Shown here: positions 25,619 to 33,866 of the stretch, piece after piece
Numbering within the stretch: the first letter of the stretch is position 1
Layout of the letters: the number at the start of each line of letters is the position of its first letter
From: an uncultured bacterium
Lineage (GTDB): Bacteria > Bacillota > Clostridia > Oscillospirales > Ruminococcaceae
Direction of reading: 5' to 3'
Assembly (NCBI GenBank): GCA_905215965.1
Contig: CAJMSD010000002.1
Coordinates: 196,866 to 260,865 of the forward strand
DNA: 64,000 nt
The notes under the pieces: generated by a model
What the model saw: the letters and a program-made list of their open reading frames with translations, nothing else
Told to the model about the DNA's origin: nothing
The model's database searches: none
Translations under genes and position numbers: made by a program

Positions 25619-26383
25619 TTAAATCGCAGGCATTACTCTTCCGCCCGATACGGGAATATATGCTCCCGTGGTGAAGCTTGCGAGGTCGGAGGCAAGAAAA
25701 GCCGTCATCTGAGCGATCTCCAGATCGGTGCCGCGGCGCTTCAAAGGAACGGTGCTGTCATAGGAATCCTGCTTTTCGGTATTGTTTTCACGGTCGGTAA
25801 AGCTTATAGTCCAGCCGGGAGCGACCTGATTCACGGTGATATTATGACAGCCTACCTCTTTGGCAAAGCAGCGCACAAAGCCGTCAAGACCCCTTTTCGC
25901 CGACGTATACGCGCTGCACCCTGCTTCCGCAAGAGCCGAGCACTCGGTGTTTACGGCGATGAATCTTCCGTATTCCGCCTTTATCATATCGGGAACAAAC
26001 GCTTTCGCCATGTAAACGTTCTGCATCACGCAGGATTCAAACTGACTGTAATAATCTGCAATATCCTGTTCGAGCACGGGCTTCCATTCATACTGGATAA
26101 CCGCATTGCACACAACTATCTGCGGACTGCCGAGCTTGTCCGCTATATCGCGCTGCATATTCATAACGGAATCGCGGTCGGTGATATCCGCCTGAAATAT
26201 CCCGGCGCGTCTGCCCTTTGCTCGGACGGAAGCTGCAAGCTCCTCGGCTTTTTCGGAATTTGAGTGATAATGTATCGCTATATCGGCATTGCAGTCGCTG
26301 AGGACATCGGTCATAACTCGTCCGAGCTGACCTGTTGCTCCCGTGATGACTGCAAGCTTGCCTGTCAGATCTATTTTAAGCAT
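25619..26383 (-). CDS. Short-chain dehydrogenase/reductase (SDR) family oxidoreductase
   Basis: ITGATGQLG is the Rossmann motif. Y..AK is the catalytic motif (YTSAKRG). Confidence 0.85.
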   Translation of the reverse strand: MLKIDLTGKLAVITGATGQLGRVMTDVLSDCNADIAIHYHSNSEKAEELAASVRAKGRRAGIFQADITDRDSVMNMQRDIADKLGSPQIVVCNAVIQYEWKPVLEQDIADYYSQFESCVMQNVYMAKAFVPDMIKAEYGRFIAVNTECSALAEAGCSAYTSAKRGLDGFVRCFAKEVGCHNITVNQVAPGWTISFTDRENNTEKQDSYDSTVPLKRRGTDLEIAQMTAFLASDLASFTTGAYIPVSGGRVMPAI

Positions 26384-26386
26384 AAT

Positions 26387-27286
26387 TTATCCTTTCAGCG
26401 CAGTAATAAGGGAGTTCACTGCGTCAACATAATTTTGTGCAGCCGCAAGCTCATTTGCTGACTGAACGGCGGCATCGAATCCCTCGGGAAGAGCCGAATC
26501 GGAGCAAACGATAAGCGTATTTGTCGCGCTGTCGAGCATTATCATAAAGCCCTCCTCGTTTTTATATCGGCGATCGTAATAGCTGCGGCATATCTCCTCG
26601 TTTGTCGACGAGGTGGAATTGCTTGTTGCAAGCACGGAAATATTGCTCTCGGTGCAGGCGCTTTCAAGAAGCGAAATTTCATCGGTGGAAAAAATACCTC
26701 CGTTGTCAAAAATATGCTGCGGACAAGCTTCGCCCAGCTGCATAATGCGCATTACCGCGTTTTTGAAGTCGCCTTTGACCATATCCTGCGTTGCCCAGTA
26801 AAAAGCCGCCGACTGCTCGCTTTCATCGACAAAAGTGAGACAGCTGCCCTTTTTATAGAGATAGTCCTCGTTCGTATCGTTGTTTATCAGCAGAAGAAGT
26901 CCGCTTCCGCGTCCGCTGTAGATGTCGATATAGGCATTTTCTGCGTATTGCTCGGGAGTCATGCCGTCAAGGTTATCGGTAGTCACAACTGCGGCGTTTA
27001 TCAGGTACTTCTCATAGAGCCAGCCGGCATAATTATTGCACTCGTCAAAATCCGCTCCCGAAAGCAGTTTGGCATAGTCATAGACGTATGTTCCGTCAGC
27101 AGGCTTAATATCGTGCTTTACAACAGGAGGAGCAGTTACCTCGGCTGTTGCTTCTTCGGAAGCCTCCGTGGTCTGAGACGAAGCGGAAGCTTCCTCGCTG
27201 CTGCTCTTTTTGGGATCGTCGGCACAGCCGCAGACAGCAGCTGCGGTCAGCGCGGCGGTAATAATTAACAAAAAAATTTTATTCAA
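26387..27286 (-). CDS. Putative lipoprotein with a TPM-like domain
   Basis: The lipobox is LTAAAVCGC. YVYDYAKLLSGADFDE...INAAVVTTDNLDG resembles TPM-domain proteins. The start is either TTG 27286 (RBS TAAGGA) or ATG 27316. Confidence 0.6.
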   Translation of the reverse strand: MNKIFLLIITAALTAAAVCGCADDPKKSSSEEASASSQTTEASEEATAEVTAPPVVKHDIKPADGTYVYDYAKLLSGADFDECNNYAGWLYEKYLINAAVVTTDNLDGMTPEQYAENAYIDIYSGRGSGLLLLINNDTNEDYLYKKGSCLTFVDESEQSAAFYWATQDMVKGDFKNAVMRIMQLGEACPQHIFDNGGIFSTDEISLLESACTESNISVLATSNSTSSTNEEICRSYYDRRYKNEEGFMIMLDSATNTLIVCSDSALPEGFDAAVQSANELAAAQNYVDAVNSLITALKG

Positions 27287-27403
27287 AATATCAATCCTTA
27301 CTCTTGTATTATACATTATATTTTAGTATAATTTAATAGAAAAATCAAGTGCATAGCTGCAATTGCACTTAATTTAAAATAATATTCCAAAAGGAGAAAA
27401 ATT

Positions 27404-28222
27404 ATGGATTATTATGTAAATTCAAATGATATTATCGTCAGCGAGCCTGATCTCGACCTTGACGAAACCCTCGACTGCGGACAATGCTTTCGCTGGAAAA
27501 GAATTGCTTCGGACTATCCCTGCACATACGAGGGAAAATTCCTGAACGACAGTCTTACCGTCTCGCAGACCGAAAAGGGACGGTTCATTTTTCACAATAC
27601 GACAGAACGGGATTTTCTGGAAAAATGGTACGATTACTTCGATTTTGCCACCGATTACACCGAGCTCAAACGGAGTTTTTCCGAGGACGAAACTCTTGAA
27701 AAGGCGTGCAGATTTGCCGGAGGGATACGTCTTTTGAGGCAGGACAGCTGGGAGTGCCTTATTTCCTTTATTATTTCCCAGAATAATAATATTCCCCGAA
27801 TCAAGGGCATTATCGACCGTCTTTGCCTGCATTACGGAGGAAATTTTCCGTCTGCCGAACAGCTTGCGCAGGAAACTGTTGATTCGCTTTCCTATCTGCG
27901 CAGCGGATTCCGCGCCAAATATATCGAGGACGCAGCCAAAAAAACAGCCGATGCTCTCATAGATCTCGATACAATAAAAAATATGCCCATCGAAGAAGCC
28001 AGAGCCGCTCTGAAAACGATAAAGGGAGTAGGTCCGAAGGTCGCCGAATGCGTGCTTCTGTTTGGTATGCACAAGACGGAAGCTTTTCCGATAGACGTAT
28101 GGATAAAACGCGTTCTTGAGGAGTATTATCCCGGCGGTTTTCCCGATTTTACAAAGGACAGCGCAGGTATCGCACAGCAGTATTTATTTCATTACATAAG
28201 AACCTGTCCCAATTTGCAATAG
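27404..28222 (+). CDS. ogg: 8-oxoguanine DNA glycosylase (Ogg, HhH-GPD superfamily)
   Basis: The OGG N-terminal motif is DLDETLDCGQCFRW. The HhH-GPD region is LKTIKGVGPKVAECVLLFG...FPIDVW. Confidence 0.8.
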   Translation: MDYYVNSNDIIVSEPDLDLDETLDCGQCFRWKRIASDYPCTYEGKFLNDSLTVSQTEKGRFIFHNTTERDFLEKWYDYFDFATDYTELKRSFSEDETLEKACRFAGGIRLLRQDSWECLISFIISQNNNIPRIKGIIDRLCLHYGGNFPSAEQLAQETVDSLSYLRSGFRAKYIEDAAKKTADALIDLDTIKNMPIEEARAALKTIKGVGPKVAECVLLFGMHKTEAFPIDVWIKRVLEEYYPGGFPDFTKDSAGIAQQYLFHYIRTCPNLQ

Positions 28223-28320
28223 TTGAAATAGACAAACTTTAACGTAAAATTTCGTTGATTTTTTCTAACCCAAAATTTTCTTTACCGACAGTAATAAAAA
28301 TTCCCCGACAGCTTTAAACA

Positions 28321-28440
28321 TTTCCACCGATCCGTTTTTTAACGCTGTTACGATGCCTTTTCCACTGTTTCCACAGAGTTTTCAACATATGCCGCAACGC
28401 TGTTTCCACTTTTCCACAGAGTTTTCAACAGTGCTGTCAA
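28321..28440. promoter_or_regulatory. Cluster of five TTTCCAC motifs (DnaA-box-like), including an exact 20-nt direct repeat
   Basis: TTTCCAC occurs at 28321, 28358, 28368, 28403 and 28411. tttccacagagttttcaaca occurs at 28368-28387 and 28411-28430. TTTTCCACA (28410-28418) is one mismatch from TTATCCACA. Confidence 0.35.
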
Positions 28441-28601
28441 CAGCAATTTTTTCTACGGCTTGTATAGGCTTTCAGAAAATTGACCATAATTCACTTGAAA
28501 GAAGTCCCTATTTTCTAAAAAATGATGAAATTATTCGGTGGGAACAGGGACTTGACAAAATCAAAATTGCATGAACTGCTCTGAAAGGAATCGTTAAATT
28601 T

Positions 28602-28859
28602 ATGATAAAAGGCGTTAATAAGCACATAATCGAGGTAAACAATCCCGACAGCATATACTTTGAAAGGGCGGTGTTTTACCTGAAGCCAGGCGTGAGAGAG
28701 CTTCCGTCTGAGATAACAAAAGCCGAAGTAGACCGCGTTATCAGCCGTTTCGGGTTGGAGGAGTACGGTCTGCGCCGCAAACGCAGGTTCGGGAAGATAG
28801 CAATATTGGCGTCTCTGCTGACGCTTCTTGCAGTATGCGCGGTCATCGTTCTGATTTAA
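28602..28859 (+). CDS. Hypothetical small protein with a C-terminal TM anchor (85 aa)
   Basis: ORF with a GAAAGGAA RBS and a C-terminal hydrophobic helix IAILASLLTLLAVCAVIVLI. Confidence 0.5.
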   Translation: MIKGVNKHIIEVNNPDSIYFERAVFYLKPGVRELPSEITKAEVDRVISRFGLEEYGLRRKRRFGKIAILASLLTLLAVCAVIVLI

Positions 28860-28968
28860 GGCAATATGGCAATATTGTATAATAAAGCAATATTTTTCAA
28901 AAACTATGGACATTGAAGTTTTTTTGTGATATAATTTTATTATATTATTTAGACGGAGGATCGTTTGT

Positions 28969-29832
28969 ATGAACAGCAATGAAAATCATACATTTAAAAA
29001 TAAGCTTTCCAAAAGAATTATCTCAACTCCGGATCCTGCCGCAAAAAATACTTTCTTCTATATGCAGGAAGCCGGCTGTCTCAAAGCCGATGAAACCACT
29101 TCCACTCAGCGGCAAAACCTCGATTCCTTTCTCTTCGTCGCCGTAACGGCAGGAAAGGGCGAGCTGACTGTCGGAGGCGAGACCTTTTCCGTTTCAAGCG
29201 GCGAATGCTTCTTTATCGACTGCCGCGTTTCACATTATTATAAAAGCTCGCAGCAAGATCCGTGGGAGCTTCTCTGGGTACACTTCAACGGCAGCACCTC
29301 GGAGCAGTATTACGAGTATTTCCTCTCCCACTCCAAAAATGTGTTCGCTCCACAGTCGTTCGAACGCGTTGTTTCGACCATTACGGAGATAATCAACATA
29401 AACGAATTCAAAAATCCGAATGCCGAGATACTTACCTCCAAATATATCGTCGATCTTCTTACTCTTGCGCTTACCGTCAACAACGACTCGAAGCGCTATG
29501 ATACGGCTCTTAAACAGAAGCTTGCCGCCGTTCATGATTACATCGACGACCATTTTAACGAGGAGCTTTCCCTTGAACGCCTTGCTTCGGAATTCTACAT
29601 AAGCAAATTCTATCTGACGCGCGAATACAAAAAAATCTACGGCAAAACAATTTTTCAGCACATTATCACCGCGCGTATAAATTACGGTAAAAATCTGCTG
29701 CGCTTTTCGGATAAATCCATAGAGGAGATCGCGCATCTTTGCGGCTTCAACGATCAAAGCTACTTCGCAAGGCAGTTCAAAAAAGCCGAAAATCTTACCT
29801 GCTTTTCCTACAGAAAAATGTGGAGGGATTAA
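28969..29832 (+). CDS. AraC-family transcriptional regulator (cupin sensor plus HTH_18)
   Basis: The C-terminus LSLERLASEFYISKFYLTREYKKIYG...IEEIAHLCGFNDQSYFARQFKK is a double HTH. Confidence 0.85.
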   Translation: MNSNENHTFKNKLSKRIISTPDPAAKNTFFYMQEAGCLKADETTSTQRQNLDSFLFVAVTAGKGELTVGGETFSVSSGECFFIDCRVSHYYKSSQQDPWELLWVHFNGSTSEQYYEYFLSHSKNVFAPQSFERVVSTITEIININEFKNPNAEILTSKYIVDLLTLALTVNNDSKRYDTALKQKLAAVHDYIDDHFNEELSLERLASEFYISKFYLTREYKKIYGKTIFQHIITARINYGKNLLRFSDKSIEEIAHLCGFNDQSYFARQFKKAENLTCFSYRKMWRD

Positions 29833-30069
29833 GCTTCTACGTTTTAAAAGGCTCACGGTCAATTATATGCCGAGGGTCTTATTTTTAATCTTAGAACGAG
29901 TTCTTAATATTTGTTAAATTTTACAGTCAAAATACCGCCGAATTTGTTATTATGCCGAAATTAACGCTGCTGCGCCTAAATTTAAATTCGAATCATTGAC
30001 AAACTGTCTATTACTTGTTATACTAATATTATATAATTATTTTTCAGAACAAATTATCAGAGGAGGATA

Positions 30070-32199
30070 ATGATGAATACTAAAAAACTTTTTGCAGCAG
30101 CTGCCGCTCTCGTGGTCGCAGGTTCTGCCGCAACCGTTAACGCTTCCGCCTTCGCTGTGGAAAACAATAATAATACTGCCGTTTCGGAGGAAGCTTCCGA
30201 GGGCGTTGTTTTTTCTGCCGAAAGCTATGAAGACCATATAAAAATTACAGGCTATACGGGATCTGCCGACTTTGCAGCTATCCCTGCCGACGTAAACGGC
30301 GTCCCTGTTACCGAGATCGACAGTCTTGCAGCCGACGGTACTATCGGAAAAATTTATATCCCTGCTACCGTTAATACTATCGCGGACGGAGCTTTTGACA
30401 AGGTTACGGGTCTTTCCGCTATTGAAGTCGCCGCTGAAAACGAGACTTTTTCAACTCTTAACGGCGTTCTCTTCACTAAGGATATGTCAAAGCTTCTCCT
30501 TTATCCATACGCAAAGCCCGACGCTTCATACATTATCCCCGAAGGCGTTTCTTCAATTACCGACGGAGCTTTCACAGGCTGCACAGCGCTCAAGGAGATC
30601 ACATTCAGCAGCGCTATTATCGAAATAACTGCCGACGGCTTTAAGGCCTGCAGAAATATTTCAAAGCTCAATATTCCCGAGACTGCCGTATCTATAGATA
30701 CTGCCGCTCTCGCAAAGGTCATGAACATCGCGGAATACAATGTTGCCGAGAACAACAATAACTACAGCAGCGCTGACGGCGTTCTTTTCAACAAGGACGC
30801 AACGGTTCTTATCTGCTATCCTGCCGGAAAAACTAACGCTTCGTATTCAATTCCGGACAGCGTAAGCACCATAAGCGAAAACGCTTTCGCAGGAGCTTCT
30901 CTTGCAACTGTTAACGTTCCCGACAGCGTCACCGAAATCGGCAGCGGAGCATTTTCAAATATGACTTCTCTCGCTACGGCTATCCTCGGCAGCGGAGTTT
31001 CAAACATCGGCAGCAATGCCTTTGCCGGAGATTCATCGCTCGTGTCAGTGATAATCGGTTCTGCCGAGACAATCGGAGATAATGCTTTCCTTAACTGCAA
31101 ATCGCTTAAATCGGTATCTATCCCTGCAAATACAACAGATATCGCTGCTACTGCTTTCGACGGCTGCGCTGCTCTTACAGATATAAACGCTTCTTCCGCA
31201 AGCACGGTATTCAGCAGCATCGACGGCGTTCTTTTCGACAAAAACGGCGAAACTCTCATTAAGTATCCTTACGCAAGAACAGCTGAGGAATATACCGTTC
31301 CCGACAGCGTTGTAACTCTTGCAGACAGTTCGTTTAAAAACTGCGCAAATCTTGCTTCCGTTACTCTCGGAGCTTCGTTCAGCAGCTTTGAAGGACGCGT
31401 TTTCGCAGGCTGCACTGCGCTTTCCGATATTAATGTTTCCGATGATAACGAGAATTACTCTTCCGTAAACGGCGTTCTTTACAGCAAGGACGGCACAGAG
31501 CTTGTAAAATATCCATGCGGACGCGAATCGGGAGAATTTGAGATTCCTGCCGGAATGACTTCGTTCGGAAGCGGAGCTTTCGCTGACGGAGCTGCTATTA
31601 CCGCATTTACCGTTCCCGAAGAAAACACAGCATTCACCGCAATCAACGGAGTTGTTTTCAGCAAGGACGAAGCTTCCCTTATAAAATATCCTATGGCTGC
31701 CGAGGCTGATTTCTACATCGTTGCAGAAAATGTTGCTTCCGTTGCAGAAAACGCTTTCGCAGGCGTTGCAAAGCTTGAGGGAATCGAATTTGCTTCAGGC
31801 GAGACGGCAATTGCTCCAGAAGCTTTCTCGGATACAAACAACGAGCTTGTATTCTACGGAACTATGGACTCTACGGCTAAGGTTTACGCAGAACTGAACG
31901 GCTACAGATTTATTGCGCTTGACGGAAATTATCCGTTCGGCGACGTAAACGGCGACGGCGCTGTAGACGCGCTTGACGCTTCCGATGTACTCAACGTATA
32001 CGCGCTTACTTCGACAGGTCACAGATGCAGATATATCGAAGCTCAGAAGGTCGCAGCCGATATCGACCGCGACGGCGAGATAAATTCTATCGACGCTTCA
32101 AGAATACTTGCATATTACGCTTATGCGGCAACTACCGAAGATCCGCTTTCAATTGAAGATTACTACTACCCTGCCGAGGTTACGACAGAAGCTGAATAA
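30070..32199 (+). CDS. Cellulosomal BspA-type LRR protein with a C-terminal dockerin
   Basis: It has a signal peptide, about 23-aa LRR_5 units (IP..V..I...AF..C..L), and the dockerin GDVNGDGAVDALDASDVLNVYA / DIDRDGEINSIDASRILAYYA. Confidence 0.9.
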   Translation: MMNTKKLFAAAAALVVAGSAATVNASAFAVENNNNTAVSEEASEGVVFSAESYEDHIKITGYTGSADFAAIPADVNGVPVTEIDSLAADGTIGKIYIPATVNTIADGAFDKVTGLSAIEVAAENETFSTLNGVLFTKDMSKLLLYPYAKPDASYIIPEGVSSITDGAFTGCTALKEITFSSAIIEITADGFKACRNISKLNIPETAVSIDTAALAKVMNIAEYNVAENNNNYSSADGVLFNKDATVLICYPAGKTNASYSIPDSVSTISENAFAGASLATVNVPDSVTEIGSGAFSNMTSLATAILGSGVSNIGSNAFAGDSSLVSVIIGSAETIGDNAFLNCKSLKSVSIPANTTDIAATAFDGCAALTDINASSASTVFSSIDGVLFDKNGETLIKYPYARTAEEYTVPDSVVTLADSSFKNCANLASVTLGASFSSFEGRVFAGCTALSDINVSDDNENYSSVNGVLYSKDGTELVKYPCGRESGEFEIPAGMTSFGSGAFADGAAITAFTVPEENTAFTAINGVVFSKDEASLIKYPMAAEADFYIVAENVASVAENAFAGVAKLEGIEFASGETAIAPEAFSDTNNELVFYGTMDSTAKVYAELNGYRFIALDGNYPFGDVNGDGAVDALDASDVLNVYALTSTGHRCRYIEAQKVAADIDRDGEINSIDASRILAYYAYAATTEDPLSIEDYYYPAEVTTEAE

Positions 32200-32214
32200 T
32201 TCAAGGCAATAATA

Positions 32215-32235
32215 AGGAGGACGGTTGTCCTCCTT
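32215..32235 (+). terminator. Terminator hairpin AGGAGGAC-ggtt-GTCCTCCT + TTTT
   Basis: It lies 16 nt after the stop of the dockerin gene. A near-identical copy is at 32464-32484. Confidence 0.7.
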
Positions 32236-32263
32236 TTAGTTTATCCAAAAATAATATGAACTA

Positions 32264-32426
32264 AGAGAACGCCCTCTCTTACAGGGCGTTCTCTCTTTCA
32301 AAACATTCCACCGGACTGTTTTGAAATTCACTCTTTGCGGAGCGCCCTACGGTATGCGGGGCTTTGCCCCACACCCCACCAGAGGCGCCGCCTCTGGACT
32401 CTGCCAAAGGGATAAAATCCCTTTGG
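32264..32426. repeat. GC-rich multi-hairpin intergenic mosaic (same family as 15585-15810)
   Basis: Hairpins. AGAGAACGCCCT-ctcttac-AGGGCGTTCTCT (32264-32294). CAAAACA-N11-TGTTTTG (32299-32323). GGGGC-ttt-GCCCC (32358-32370). CCAGAGGC-gcc-GCCTCTGG (32379-32397). CCAAAGGGAT-aaa-ATCCCTTTGG (32404-32426). Confidence 0.8.
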
Positions 32427-32490
32427 AATCCCGATATTAGTCACACTAACTTTCCAACAAAACAGGAGGACATTTGTCCTCCTTCGTTTT

Positions 32491-32814
32491 TTATTTAAGA
32501 AAATTCTGCATTGCTTCCGTAAGCTTGCTGATGTTTTTCTTATTTTTTGAATTCGCCGCTATTTCTGTTCCAAGCTTCGATTTGCAGCTGAAAATAACGG
32601 ACGTTCTGCCGTCGTTGATCGTAAAAAGCGAAACCGTCATGACCTCTCCCCACGTAAACATGGACATACCAATATTAATTGTTACGGTATGAGACGCGCG
32701 GTCGGCTAATTTTACGTTATACTTCAATGACTGAGCCGCAAGAACGACAGCGTCAAATACAGCGTCGATCGGCTGGCTGTAAATTATATTCGATTCAGAA
32801 GAACCCCAAGCCAT
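32491..32814 (-). CDS. Hypothetical protein (107 aa)
   Basis: Clean ORF downstream of fba, no recognised motif. Confidence 0.55.
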   Translation of the reverse strand: MAWGSSESNIIYSQPIDAVFDAVVLAAQSLKYNVKLADRASHTVTINIGMSMFTWGEVMTVSLFTINDGRTSVIFSCKSKLGTEIAANSKNKKNISKLTEAMQNFLK

Positions 32815-32831
32815 AACTTTTTACTCCTCGA

Positions 32832-33695
32832 TCAAGCCTTGTTAACGCTTCCAAAAAGCTCCATCTTCTCCTTTACCTTTGCCTTGATTGCTTCAAAGCC
32901 CGGTGCGAGAAGCTTTCTTGGGTCAAAGCCCTTGCCCTGAGTGTCCTTGCCTGCTTCAATGTAAGCTCTTGTAGCTTCCTGGAAAACAAGCTGGCACTCT
33001 GTGTTTACGTTGATCTTTGCAACGCCGAGAGAAATTGCCTTCTTGATCATATCGTCGGGGATACCTGTACCGCCGTGAAGTACGAGAGGCATATCGCCAA
33101 CCTTTTCATTTACGGCAGCAAGAGTCTCAAATGAAAGACCTTCCCAGTTTTCGGGATATTTACCATGAATATTGCCAATGCCGGCAGCAAGGAAATCAAC
33201 GCCGAGATCAGCGATCATCTTGCACTCGTCAGGATCTGCACATTCACCTCTGCCGATAACGCCGTCCTCTTCGCCGCCGATAGAGCCTACCTCGGCTTCG
33301 ATCGAAAGGCCAAGACCGTGAGAAACGTTTACAAGCTCGGATGTCTTAGCGATATTCTCGTCGATCGGGAAGTGAGAACCGTCAAACATGATTGAAGTAA
33401 ATCCTGCCTTAATACACTTATAGCAGCCTTCATATGAGCCGTGATCGAGGTGAAGAGCAACCGGAACAGTGATTCCGAGAGACTCGTCCATTGCTTTAAC
33501 CATAGCGGCAACCGTAGCAAAGCCTGTCATATACTTGCCTGCGCCCTCAGATACACCGAGAATTACAGGTGAATTGCACTCCTGTGCAGTAAGAAGAATA
33601 GCCTTAGTCCATTCAAGGTTATTGATATTGAACTGACCTACTGCATATTTGCCTTCTCTTGCCTTAGTGAGCATTTCCTTAGCTGAAACCAACAT
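32832..33695 (-). CDS. fba: Class II fructose-1,6-bisphosphate aldolase
   Basis: GKYAVGQFNINNLEW...HLDHG...VLHGGTGIP are typical of the class II FBA/tagatose-bisphosphate aldolase family. Confidence 0.9.
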   Translation of the reverse strand: MLVSAKEMLTKAREGKYAVGQFNINNLEWTKAILLTAQECNSPVILGVSEGAGKYMTGFATVAAMVKAMDESLGITVPVALHLDHGSYEGCYKCIKAGFTSIMFDGSHFPIDENIAKTSELVNVSHGLGLSIEAEVGSIGGEEDGVIGRGECADPDECKMIADLGVDFLAAGIGNIHGKYPENWEGLSFETLAAVNEKVGDMPLVLHGGTGIPDDMIKKAISLGVAKINVNTECQLVFQEATRAYIEAGKDTQGKGFDPRKLLAPGFEAIKAKVKEKMELFGSVNKA

Positions 33696-33828
33696 AATTT
33701 AATTTCCTCCTGAATTTTCATTTGCAATGCGAAACAATTCGCACTATCAAATACATTATACTACATATTCCCTGAAATTGCAAGTACCGTATGTAAATTT
33801 TCGCAAAAATCAGTCACGGACAGCAAAA

Positions 33829-33854
33829 ATGACTCCCAAGAACAAGGGAGTCAT
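33829..33854 (-). terminator. Rho-independent terminator of the LRR-dockerin gene
   Basis: ATGACTCCC-N8-GGGAGTCAT with a T-run on the minus strand. Confidence 0.7.
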
Positions 33855-33866
33855 CTTGTTAAATTA

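Noticed and set aside
28321-28440. Is the TTTCCAC cluster the chromosomal replication origin?
   Set aside because: There is no dnaA, dnaN, rpmH or obvious AT-rich unwinding element adjacent, and the boxes deviate from consensus. I kept it only as an orphan DnaA-box-like or iteron-like cluster.
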